Shown in pieces: positions 1 through 12,000 of a stretch of 64,000 bases of DNA. The DNA comes from Lama glama (taxonomy: Eukaryota): assembly GCA_028534125.1 (NCBI GenBank), contig CM052820.1, positions 434,001-498,000 of the forward strand. Reading direction: 5' to 3'. Within the stretch, counting starts at the first letter, position 1, and each line of letters opens with the position of its first letter. The notes under the pieces were generated by a model. It ran no database searches. It was not told where the DNA came from and was given only the letters and a program-made list of their open reading frames with translations. A program made the position numbers and the translations under genes.

Positions 1-48
1 GGCGAGCCCGAAAAGCTGGGGCAGGCGCTGACTGAAGTCTATGCCAAG
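1..48 (+). CDS. HDLBP: HDLBP exon, cut by window start: GEPEKLGQALTEVYAK
   Basis: GT donor at 49. Confidence 0.93.
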
Positions 49-3000
49 GTAACTGCTCCTTGCGGGGACAGACTCCGGATTAGCGATTCCCAGGGCCAGT
101 GCAGGGGCGCGGGGGGCGGGGGCGTTGGCGTGACCAGACTCCGCAGACCCACTCGTTACCTGCTCTCCCAGGCCAACAGCTTTACAGTCTCCTCTGTCTC
201 TGCGCCTTCCTGGCTTCACCGCTTCATCATCGGCAAGAAAGGGCAGAACCTGGCCAAAATCACTCAGCAGATGCCAAAGGTGAGGGAGCCTTCACCTGCT
301 GCTTTGAGGTGGCCTCTGTCGGCCCTCCCCGCACGTCTGGTCCTGTGGGTGCCTGTGAAGACTGGGGTGCTGCGTGTTTTAAGCATCAGTTGTTGTGTGG
401 CACTCAGCTGTTCCGCGGTTAGCTGAGCAAGAGCAGAGTAAGTTTTTTGAAGTACCTGTGCCATGTTTTGGTCTCTGTAACAAGAGGAAGCGTGTGTATT
501 GCTGGGTTTCATGACTGTCTCAGGGAACATCTCATTCGGTGACATGGAGTGCTTGCTTCTGAGCGGTTACGTCTGCGGGCTGTGTGGAGCTGGGGCCGCC
601 CGTCCCTGCGTCTGCCCTGCAGCCCTTTAAGTTCTGCGAGGAGGCAGGAGGGCTGCTGGGCTGGAAGGGCCGGAAGGGCTGGAAGCAGCAGGGACCACAC
701 GTGCTGTCTTGCCCCCCCGCCGGCCGTCGTGCGTGTTAGGGGCCGTGCCCCGGCTCACGCTGGCTGGGGTGCCTCTTGGGCTTCACTCCTGACCTGGCGT
801 CTTGGAGCTGAGCAGCAGGGCCTGTCTGGACCGCGGTCGGGCAGCTGTGCTGGGTTGAAGCTCTCCCTGTGGCCACTCGTCCAGCCCCCTGGTCCCCGGG
901 CGGCGTGTGCACCTCACACCCAGGGTATTGGTGACGCACGGTGGGAGGGCCTCCTTCTCCAGGTTCCACACTGTATTTCCTACCAAAATCACGCTCGCCC
1001 CCAGACCCCCGTCCACCTCACTGGTGCCGGTGGATGCACGTTTGTAAAAGCTTTTGGGATCTGCTGCTGCCCTGGAGAACGCTCACGGGTTCTCGGAGGT
1101 CACCGGTGCCTGCTGTCTCAGTGGACGACTTGTTCTGGTGTGGCAGGTTCACGTCGAGTTCACAGAGGGTGAGGACAGGATCACCCTGGAAGGCCCCACG
1201 GAGGACGTCAGCGTGGCCCAGGAGCAGATCGAAGCCATGGTCAAGGACTTGGTAGGCATCCCTGCAGCCCTCTGGGTGCTGGCCGAGTGGGGCGGGGCCT
1301 GATCTTGCCAGTCAGACCTGCGGTGGGTGGGTTGGAGGCGCCGAAGGGTGGCCCCTGGTGAGCAGAGGAAACCCTGTTTTGAAGGACGCCTGCAGGAACA
1401 CCTTGCCGCAGCTCCTGCCAGCTCAGTGGGGAGGGAAAGGGGCAGCTGTCGGCTTCTGGGCCTCGCTTCTGGCTGTTTGCATGTCTGGGCACGCTCCTTG
1501 GGCTCAGATGCCTGTGTCCACGGGCCCGCTCTGTGCCCCTCCCGCAGGTTAACCGGATGGACTATGTGGAGATCAACATCGACCACAAGTTCCACCGACA
1601 CCTCATCGGGAAGAGCGGAGCCAACAGTGAGTGAGGCGGACAGGGCGCGGGAGAGATGAGTCGTGGCCTGGCCCAGCCGGGTCTCCCCCGGGGCCGTGGT
1701 GGGCCTGGAGCTGTCTAGCCCAGAGGTTCCCTGCGTGCCCAAGGGTCGTGTGCTCACATTTCAGCCAGAGCTGTGGGGTGGAGGCCGCTGGTTCTGCAGT
1801 CCTCAGTGTTCACCACCGAGCCCGCCCCAGCCTGCAGCTCTCCCAGGGGTCAGAGCTTTGCACTCTCGGGCCCACATCACGCGGCGCAGGGAGGGTTCTT
1901 TTGGGCGAGCAGGGATCTGTCAGCCCAGGCTCAGCCTTGGACTGAACTGTGTCGGTTGTACAAGTGTGGGGCGTCGGGAGTGTGCCAGGTGAGCACTCTG
2001 CTTTAATCCGCAGGTGTGTTTGAAAGTCCACTCCTTTGCTTAGTTTGACTGTAAGGCCATCCCACACATCACAGGCTCACCAGTCCTGAAAACAGCCCTA
2101 TCCCCGGGGAGCGACCTTTGGTGGAAGGTGGGAGCGCTGGGTCCTGCCCGAGGTCACAGGGGCCCGCGGCCTGGGGAGGATACCGCTGTGAGCGAGCCCT
2201 GTGCAGCCATTCTTGTTCAGAGTAGACGGAAGGCGGTCCCTGCTGCTCTGTTCTGGGGTAGGAGCTCACACAGCCGTTCCTCTCAGTGCCCACCTGTGCG
2301 CGCTGCTTGAGCCCTGCACGCGCCATAGATCTGCTTTTGTGTTGTTAATTTGCTTTTGCTTTGGTGAACTGTGATGTTTCCTTAACAACACAAGGAGGTG
2401 CAGTTCTGGCATTAGCTTCTGGGTTCTGCTCTCGGGACGCGCAGGACCACTTGGCTTGGTTCAGGGAGTTGCGTCTGTTCCATTTTCTTCTGGTTCTGCG
2501 CCTAGTCCTTGCTTCCCTTCACCTGAGCCCTGCTGCCCGGCGTGTGTGTCCCGGGCTCTCATCCCACGCGGCTGCCCAGGACCAGCACGTCCTCACGTTC
2601 GCCCCGCGCTCCTCCGCTCACGGCTGTCTCTGTGTGCTCAGAACCTTCCTTAGTGACCCTGCACGGAGCTTGGCTCCCCTTGACGACACAGTGGGCGGAG
2701 TGCCGACCTCACTTCCTGGCGATGAGGTTTCTCCAGGCTGGGGGCCTGGCTCTGTCCAGACGGGGTAGCCGTGAGGCGCTCGGGCTGGACCTGAGCTGAC
2801 GACGGAGGCCCTACGCAGCGTGGCCTCCGCAGGGCTCTCAGGTGGTTGGGGGGGGCCTCTTTCTTCTTTAGCTAACCCGAGGGCTTGATTTTTAACAGTT
2901 TTTTATGGTTATTTTTTTGAGTGGGTTTTGACCTGAACAGGAGTTCCCGTACTTGTCCGTTTCCGCTTAGCAACGCCCGGGACCTTTAAAACATTCTAAA

Positions 3001-6000
3001 GCCCCGGCCGTGCCCAGAGCAGCTGTACCGCGGAGCTGGAGCGGCTGTGGCTGCTGGGCGTCTGAATTCCCGGGAAACGCCTGGACGTGGCCTGCTGGGG
3101 TGGCGGCCGCGCCGGCCCGCCGTAGGCGGTGGCAGGGCTTGCCTTGAAGTGTGAAGGCCTGCCCGTCCTTCTGCCCATGGGTGGCTGACGGGGGCGGGGG
3201 CTGTCTAGGGCTTTAGCCCTGCCCTGCTGCACGGGTCAGGGGGTATGTTCTGGTCCGAAGCGTGTTTCCTTTTGTGCCCTGAAGTAAACAGGATCAAGGA
3301 CCAGTACAAGGTGTCCGTGCGCATCCCTCCTGACAGTGAGAAGAGCAGCCTGATCCGCATCGAGGGCGACCCGCAGGGCGTGCGGCAGGCCAAGCGCGAG
3401 CTGCTGGAGCTCGCCTCCCGCATGGTAAGCCCACAGCCGGGTCCACCTGGGCAGCGCACCTGTGCGTGTGCCGTCCTGGAGGGCGGGAGGCGCCAGGTCT
3501 CCTCTGCATCGGGTTGGTGTGACTTGCAGGGGCTGCATTTCCTTCGTCCTCCCCAGGACCCCAAGGTCACGTGCTATGTAAGGGGGTGCTGTGACCCTGC
3601 AGCAGGGTTCTTAGCCTTGGCCAAACCCCAGAGTCCATGATGCCTCAGTCCCAACTGTGGGGACTTCTCTGGACTCTCAGAGCCGCCCAAGTGGTTCTCA
3701 CGTGCAGTGTAGGTTGAGGGACTGCTGTGTGGTTATCTGCAGGCCTGGGGTGGGGCGCGCCCTGCCCCCTCCAGGCCAGAGTCTTGCACACTCTCCTCGG
3801 TTCTCAGGGTCAGGTACAGTAGCTCCTTGCCCTGGAGTGTCTTGTGTCTGCCGGATCACTGAAGGCTCGTCTCTGTCATCCTGATGCCAGTCTGGTCCAG
3901 AGTCTTGCAGAATGTTTTTAATGTTTGGTTGGCTATTAACTGTTCTTCTCTAGGTTTTGGCTCTGCTTGTTCTTTTGTGTTTCTCCTGACATCTTGATAG
4001 GACCTCTGGAGGAGGTTGAGAACCATGTGGATTCCGTGCCCTATGCTGACATGAACCACTCTTTCTTCACCCTGCGCATGGGGCGGCGGTCCCTGCCACC
4101 CTGTGTTCAGGAGGGATTGCTCCCTGCTTTGCAAAGCGCTAAGCCTCACAGGCTCTCTTGTTAGCAGAAGTGCTGAATGGGCTGCTTTGGTATGACCGTG
4201 GCTGCTGTGGTAGCACTTCTGGGCAAAGGCCCTATGCCCCATTTTCTAGTTCTTTGTTCAGGAGAACATCCACCCACGTGACAGGAGTGTGGCCGCTGGA
4301 GGGAGTGGCGCCCTGTGACGGGTGCCCTGCTGGCTGCGGCGGCGGGGCTGTGCCACTGTCCCAGGGCTCCCGTGCCTCCTGGCGTCAGGAGAGATCGCTC
4401 ACCTCACTGGCAATTGTGTTTTTAGGAAAATGAACGCACCAAGGATTTAATCATTGAGCAGAGATTTCATCGCACAATCATTGGGCAGAAGGGTGAGCGG
4501 ATCCGTGAAATTCGGGACAAATTCCCAGAGGTAAAGGTTTCCCAAAGGCATCCTTTGGTCCCTGTGAGTGGTCTGATTGGCACTTGGGGGTGTTCGGTAT
4601 TTTGGAATCCAGTACTGGCCAGTGATTGAACTTGGTCTCCTGATGGCTTGTTCTAGGTTATCATCAATTTTCCAGACCCAGCACAGAAAAGTGATATTGT
4701 CCAACTGAGGGGGCCCAAGAATGAGGTGGAAAAATGCACAAAGTACATGCAGAAGATGGTGGCAGATCTGGTGAGGGGGCTTCTCCACCCTTCGTTGGGT
4801 GGTGTGGGGGCTGGGGTTCCCTGGAGTGCTGGGCCCATCCGCCCTCTCAGGACGCTCCCCACACTGTGAGGCCTTGTCCACACGAGGTGCCGTCAGAGCC
4901 CTGGTGGAGAGACTCGTGTCTGGGAGGCGAGGTCTGCGCCCGCTGCTTGAGGGTCTCGGGCACGGGGACGAAGGGGGTCTGGGAGCTGCTGGGCTTCTCA
5001 CGGGGCTCGGACTTGGCCCCTGCCCGCCTCGGGGTGCTGGCGGGGCGGGCCTCCCCGAGTGCTAGGGGCCGCGGCCAGCTCGGGCCCTGGGTGTGGCACC
5101 GACTCCCTCCTGCCGCGGGAGGGGGGAGGGTGGGGGGGCACCTGGCCTGACTCGCCCGCTCCTGCGTAGAGCCTGCGTCCGAGGGAGCGCGGGGCTGTTG
5201 CACGCCACCTGTCAGGAGGGGCTTGGCGTCAGTGGCCTGTGGCAGGTTAGTTAGTCGTCGGATAGGTTACCTCCCCGTCCTTGCTTGTGGGAGAAGCAGG
5301 ACTGTGCCTGTGCTGCCCGAGCGTGGAGCCCTGTCCCTGCACCCCGCCTTCAGGGACAGGGACGCTTCCCTGTCTGGCGTGACAGCTCATGGTGCTGTCT
5401 CTCTTGTTTTTAAGGTGGAAAATAGCTATTCAATTTCGGTTCCGATCTTCAAACAGTTTCACAAGAACATCATTGGGAAAGGAGGTGCAAACATTAAAAA
5501 GGTGAGCCACCGGCTGCATCCTGGGTCTTGGCTCTTCCCACGCGGCCCTGGAGCCCCGTGCTGCTCTCACTTCTCATGGTGCCCTCTCTCCTTGTAGATT
5601 CGGGAAGAGAGCAACACCAAGATTGACCTTCCAGCAGAAAACAGCAACTCAGAGACCATCATCATCACGGGCAAGCGAGCCAACTGCGAGGCCGCCCGCA
5701 GCCGCATCCTGTCCATCCAGAAAGACCTGGTAACGGGACGCAGCGGGATACGGCGGGGCGGCGCTCACGGGCCGCCTGGCGTCCCGGGGGTGGGCCAGCA
5801 GCCTCACAGGGTCGCTTCCCACGGCTCCTCCCGGCAGAGCTGGCCCGCTGCAGGCTCCTGCCGCGGTCCCTGCCAATACTTTCCAGTGCACCCCAGCTCT
5901 GGTTTGACTCGAGTGCTTGGAAATCATCACATTCGATTTCTGTTTCCAGTTTTAAAAGAAATTAACAGGCAGGAAACGGCACGTGTGTAAATGTGCAGTT

Positions 6001-9000
6001 TAAGTTTCGGCATGTGTGTACGTCACTGAGTCACCACTGCAGGCAACAGTGCACGTGTCCATCTTGTTCCCTTCCAGCACCTCCCTCCGCCTCACCGGCC
6101 CTGCCAGCCCCTCTCCCCGCGCAGCGCGGTGTGGATCCGCTCCTCGCCCGCCCTCCGGTTTGCTCCTCCGTGCTGTCGCGGCGTCACTGCTGCTCTGGCT
6201 TCATCAGAGGAGACCCTGTTCCTTCGGGGGTTTCTCTTACCTCTTGTTGAGCTTATTACCGTAGTTCCCAGAGCACTCCTGTTGCCTTTTCACTGTGGGG
6301 ATGTCGTGTTTCTCACTCGTGGCACGTGTAACTTGCGTCTCTGTAAAGCGACCCCCTGTTAAAAGACCTACTTTTTCTCATGTGAAAGTGAGTTTCTTCC
6401 AGGCAGCTTGCTGTTTTATTCAGTCTGAGACTGTGCCTGTTAAACAGAGACGTTTACATCCAGCTACCTTAGTGGTGATACGTCTGTATGCTGTTATGTA
6501 CCTTGTTTTGTTACATACACTCAATAATTACACTTGATGTGATTATAATTTTTTCATTTTCAAAAATTGCAGTAAAAGTTACTAAGTCTTTGACACAACA
6601 TTGTAAAATGATTATAAATAAAAAATTAAAAAAAAAAAAGTTACCAAGCCAGGTCGAGGCCCTAACCGTCGGTGGGCAGGCGGGCGGCGCTCGCCTGGTG
6701 CAGCCTCACCACGTCTTCCCAGACCCTCCCATCCACCCCCTCCCAGCCCCTGTGCCGCCGCAGTGCAGCAGTGCAGCAGTGCTGCAGTGCAGCAGTGCAC
6801 TGCTGCCCGTTCAGCTCCACCGTGGTGGGTTCAGAGCTCACAGCTAGCTGTTGGTTTTCAGTTGCCCCGTCTGCTTTGTTTTCTTCTGCCTTTTGAGCAG
6901 TTGCACGTTCCTTTTGTCCCCTATGCTGTGTTGGGTATGACTCAGCGTGTTCATCGCCAGCCAGTGCAGCGCAGCCCACCTCTGGGTCTCCCGCTACTTG
7001 AAGTGGAGTGTGGGAAGCTGGGGGGGCTTCCCCCGCCAGCCCCGCCCCCGTGCTTGGTCGCGTTACCTTTACTCTCAGAGCTCATGAATCCCACGTGCAT
7101 CGTTAGCCGTTTTGTTTAAATACCCAGTTTTTAAAGGAGGTTTAAATAACTGGGAAAAGCGACTGTACGCTGCCTGCATGAATACTGTGTGTGCCCGTCT
7201 GCTCACCCCCACCCCCAGCCCACAACCACTAGCATCTTTCCACTGGCCCCATAGTTTGCCTTTTCCAGAGTGTCAGATAGTTGGAATGGGACCACGACAC
7301 GTGACGTGCGTAGCCTGTTCAGGTTGGCTTCCTTCACTTAGCAGTAAGATGGATCTTCCAGTAAACGTACTGTTTGGTTCTGTAAGAAACTGCCAGACTG
7401 TCTTGTCTCCAAAGTAGCTGCACCATGTCACATCCCGCCAGCCGCAGGCTGATGGGTTCTCGTTCCTAATGGAGATTTGGCTTCGGTGTCGTGTCTGACG
7501 CTTCTGATGAGACACCTGGTGCCACCCTTGCTCCCCTGCGCAGGCTAGTTCGTCCTCCTTCCTCTGGCTCGTTTACACCTGTGCCACCCGTTCCTGGCAG
7601 GTCACGGCACGTCTTGGGGTAGCTTCACTCGTGTTTCTTTGTTTGGAGTTCATTGCGCTTCTTGAATGTGTGAGTTCAGAGTTGTCATCCGATCTGGAAA
7701 TACTTGGGTCGTTGTTCCGTGGCATGTTGGCTGTCCTGTTTCAGAAGCTCGGGCTCCCTGGTGCCGGGCAGCGGGGCGTCCCCTCCCTCGGTTTCTCTAA
7801 ACTCGCTGATTGTCTGCGGTGTCTGATCTGTCTGCGGTCACACCTCGTGTGCTTCTCTCTCCAGGTGTTCTCACCTCCAGAGGGTCAGTCTGAACCCGTG
7901 GTTTTCAGCCTATCCTCTGGCCATTTGGCGTGTGTAGCACCGTGAAAACCCCCGTCTCAGTGGCCTTGTCCTGCTGTCGCTGCAGGGTTGTGTTCCATTG
8001 TTCATTCCTCATTACGGGTTGTTTTTCCTATTTCGTTGCATGTCTGGTTTTTTGCTTTGCTTGTTTTTATTGGATGCCAGGTGTTAACGAAGTTTACTTT
8101 GGTGGGTGATGGATATTTTTGTATTCCTACACCTATCAGCCTTATTAAGTCACTTTGAAACAGTTTGCTCCTTTTTGGACTTGCTTTTAAGATCTGTTAG
8201 GTGGGACACAGAGGTGCTTAATCCAGGGCCAGTTATTTCCTGCCACTGGGGTCAGACTCCCGGACACGGCATCCCACATCCCATAAACTCAGGCAGTGGG
8301 CTGGGAGCTGCAGTGCCTGCTCCCTCCCAGCCTTGCCGTGTGCACTCCCCGCCCAGCAGCTTCCTGCGCATCAGTGTGGCTGCCAGTGCTCGGGGCTGCT
8401 CTCCCGGACAGCCAGGTCATGTCCCCGATCTGGGGACTTGGCCAGGCAGCTTCTGGGCTGGGAGGCCAGTCCAGTCCCTGTGGCTCCACCTTGACTGGAG
8501 CCAGGTCCTTACTCATGGGGCTCTCGTGGGAGGCTTGGTCCTGAGCATCTCAGACCCGTCTCTGCGGCCGGCACTGGAGAGAGTCCTCTGTGGGACAGCT
8601 GGCTCTCCTGCACCACGTGTGCCCTTTCCTGCACACACACACCGCGCCCCCTCGTGTTGTGTGATTCCAGGCCAACATAGCCGAGGTGGAGGTCTCCATC
8701 CCTGCCAAGCTGCACAACTCCCTCATCGGCACAAAGGGCCGCCTGATCCGCTCCATCATGGAGGAGTGCGGCGGGGTCCACATTCATTTCCCCGTGGAAG
8801 GCTCGGGAAGCGACACAGTGGTCATCAGGGGCCCTTCCTCGGATGTGGAGAAGGCCAGGAAACAGCTCCTGCACCTGGCGGAGGAGAAGGTGAGCCCGCC
8901 CCGGGAGGGCTCCCACCTGCCCTCTTTGCGGGGCACCTCAGGTTGGGGGGGGTGCTGCGCAGCTTTTCTTCTCTGGTCTTGCCAGCACCGGAGGGCCTTT

Positions 9001-12000
9001 CCAGGTCAGGTGCCCCCATATGCAGAGCAGGAGGTTTGCTCTTGGGTCTTTTATTTGGGGTTGTTGGCCTGTTAAGTATGATTCATGTATTTATGAATCA
9101 TGAATCTGAGTTTGGACAGGTGTGCATTCATTCACATGACCACCACTACAGTAAAAATGTTTTGACTATTCCCTCCCCTCACCAAGGTTCTGCGTCGAAT
9201 CAGTCACCGTTGCCCCCTTGTTTAAACCATCTGCCGGTCCGTCTCTGGGCTCCGCTCTGTCGCAGTGGCGCCGCGGGGGGCCCCTCGGCTTTATGCTTCC
9301 TGAGGTCCCTCTGGCTGCTCCTGGCCTTCCTGTGTGCGTTTTGGAACCAGCGTGTGGACTTTGGCTGAGGTCGTGTGGACTCTGAAGCTCACACTGGGGA
9401 GGCTGCCGCCCCAGCAGTGCTGCCCTCCATGCATGTCTTCCCAGGCTCAGCGTCTTGGACTTTGCTCTGGTGTTTGTAGCTCGTAGCCTGGAGAGCGTGC
9501 TGGCGTTGTGTTCACCACATGCCGGGTCTGTTTGTGGTGCTCTTGGCAGCACCTCATGCGTTTCGTTTCCAGCTGCTGCAGAACGCAGGAGCACATCCGG
9601 TTCTTGTGCGTTGGCCTCATTTACGCATCCGGTCTGAAGGTCACGTCTTGGTTCCCGTAGCTTTTTTGGTGGATTCTTGGGAGTTTTATACGTGGAACAG
9701 CGTCTGTGAATGGACGGCGGCGTCTCTTTCTCTCTGGTCTGCACCCCTGTGTGGCGTCTGGCATTGCGGGGGCCCAGCCTTGCCTTGCTGGTGGCCTCCA
9801 GGGGAGTCCTCAGTCTCCACCACGTGGCGCGAGCTGTGGGTCTCTCACAGGCACTCCTTGTCAAGGTGAGGGAGCCCCTCTGTCCCGAGTGTGCCGAGTC
9901 TTCGTCAGGAATGGGTCTTGGATCTTTTGAGATGATCACCTGGTTTCTTCCTTTGGTGTAAATATTAGGCTGACTTGGTGTCTAACCAGCCTGGCATCTC
10001 TGGGGTGAGCTCTGCGCGACTCTGATGTGGTAGCCTTCATCGCGCTGCTGCGTTGGGCTTGCCTGACTTGTTAGCTTTTTAGTAACTCTGCTGTTTGTGA
10101 TGTCTGTCTGCAGGGTTGAAGGCTCTCAGTGGTGTTTTGTGAAACCAGCATTTAAAGATGACAAAATTCAGTCGTTTACTATTGGGCATGCTGGCAGATT
10201 TTCCTTCCCTGTGTGTTTTTTCGCACTTTGGGGAGTTGGGTTTCAGGACAAGAGGAGGACAAGGCCCTGTGTGGGGTCGTGTCAGCCTGGAGGGGCATGT
10301 CCCACACTCTCAGGCCCGTCTGCCAGAGGAGCAGGCGTCAGCAGGGAGGTCACTGTGCAGAGTCTCTGCTGGGCCCTGGTCTCCGCACATCAGGCGAGGG
10401 CCTTTGTTGGCTTGGGTGTCTCTGGGCTCACTGGTGGTGAGGGGTCACCCGAAGCTCTAGGGGAGAGCCTGAGCCAGGGCGAGGGGCCAGTGTGGCGTGG
10501 GCTTCCTGCTGTCCGGTGCCCCCTAGGCCGCACTCAGGCGTCCACTCTACAGGTGGACAGTGGCTTGCAGCGGTCTGGTCACCGCTGGGGAGCGGCAGGC
10601 CTGGGGCTCTAGGTCCGCAGGCTGTTATCTGCCCGGTGCCTCTGGTTGTGGGGAGGGCACTGTTTGGGTGTCTGTCGTGTGCCTTGGTCAGGTTTGAGTA
10701 GCCCTGTCTGGGGGACGTTGGTGACAGTGTAAGGAGACCTCACCCTACACCGTAGTCCCAGAGGCCAGGCAGGTGGCGTCTGGCCAATAAGTGTGTGGGG
10801 TTGGTTCCCGCAGCAAACTAAGAGTTTCACCGTTGACATCCGCGCCAAGCCAGAGTACCACAAATTCCTCATCGGCAAAGGGGGTGGCAAGATCCGCAGG
10901 GTGCGAGACAGCACCGGTGCCCGCGTCATCTTCCCAGCGGCTGAGGACAAGGACCAGGACCTCATCACCATCGTAGGGAAGGAGGATGCTGTAAGGGAGG
11001 CCCAGAGGGAGCTGGAGGCCCTGATCCAGAACCTGGTGAGGCCTGGTGGCAGGGAGCGGGGTCCCCGGGTGGCCTGGGAGTCCCGGCCGGCGGGGCTCAT
11101 TCACGCCCCTTCTGAACACTGTAGGACAATGTGGTTGAAGACTATATGCTGGTGGACCCCAAGCACCACCGCCACTTTGTCATCCGGAGAGGCCAGGTCC
11201 TGCGGGAGATCGCAGAGGAGTATGGTGGGGTGATGGTGAGCTTCCCACGCTCCGGCACGCAGAGCGACAGAGTCACCCTCAAAGGTGCCAAGGACTGCGT
11301 GGAGGCGGCCAAGAAGCGCATTCAGGAGATCATCGAGGACCTGGTAGGAGCCTGGGAAGCTTGGGCGGGCTCTCGGCCCTGACGGCCACGCGGGCAGTGT
11401 GGGTGTGTGCCTGCTTCCTCCACACCCCGTGGGCTGGCTGCCAGGCCCATGTGGCCCCGAGATAGACTCAGGTCAGGTTCTGGAGGCTTTGGTTCTGTCT
11501 TCCTCCTCAGCCTGTGCGGCCGCCTTCCACATGGGGTGGGAGTCCCTGCCAGGAGCCCACTTCCCTCCCGCCCGTCCCAGCTCATGCGGCCCCTTCAAGG
11601 GCGGCGCGTGACGGGCCACCTGCTGTGTGGCAGGGAGGGCCTCCTTTGTGTGCAGAGAAACTGCTGTTGCTGTGGGCAGGTTCTGGGTGGTAGCGAGCAT
11701 CCACGGGTTCTGTGCTTTCTCAGTCTTGCTGGGAGGCGTTTCAGAAGGAGGCCTCCCCTTGGGCCTGCCATCTGTACCCCAGCTCTGGATTCACACAGAA
11801 GGGGCAGGGGCTGTGACACACTGGGCCGTGGCTGTAGAAGGCTGAGATGAAGATGGTGAGCATGTGACTTGACTCTCAGCGGATAACCTTTGCCTTTTTT
11901 TTCCCTTATCGCCGTGTCTGCCCCAGGAAGCCCAGGTGACCATAGAATGCGCCATTCCCCAGAAATTCCACCGGTCTATCATGGGCCCCAAAGGTTCCAA

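Noticed and set aside
8106-9368. 420-aa ORF
   Set aside because: Off-frame read through an HDLBP exon and repeat-derived intron; low-complexity GC-rich translation
9166-9939. 257-aa ORF as an exapted RT gene
   Set aside because: Drifts between L1 frames and lacks an intact FADD/YADD motif
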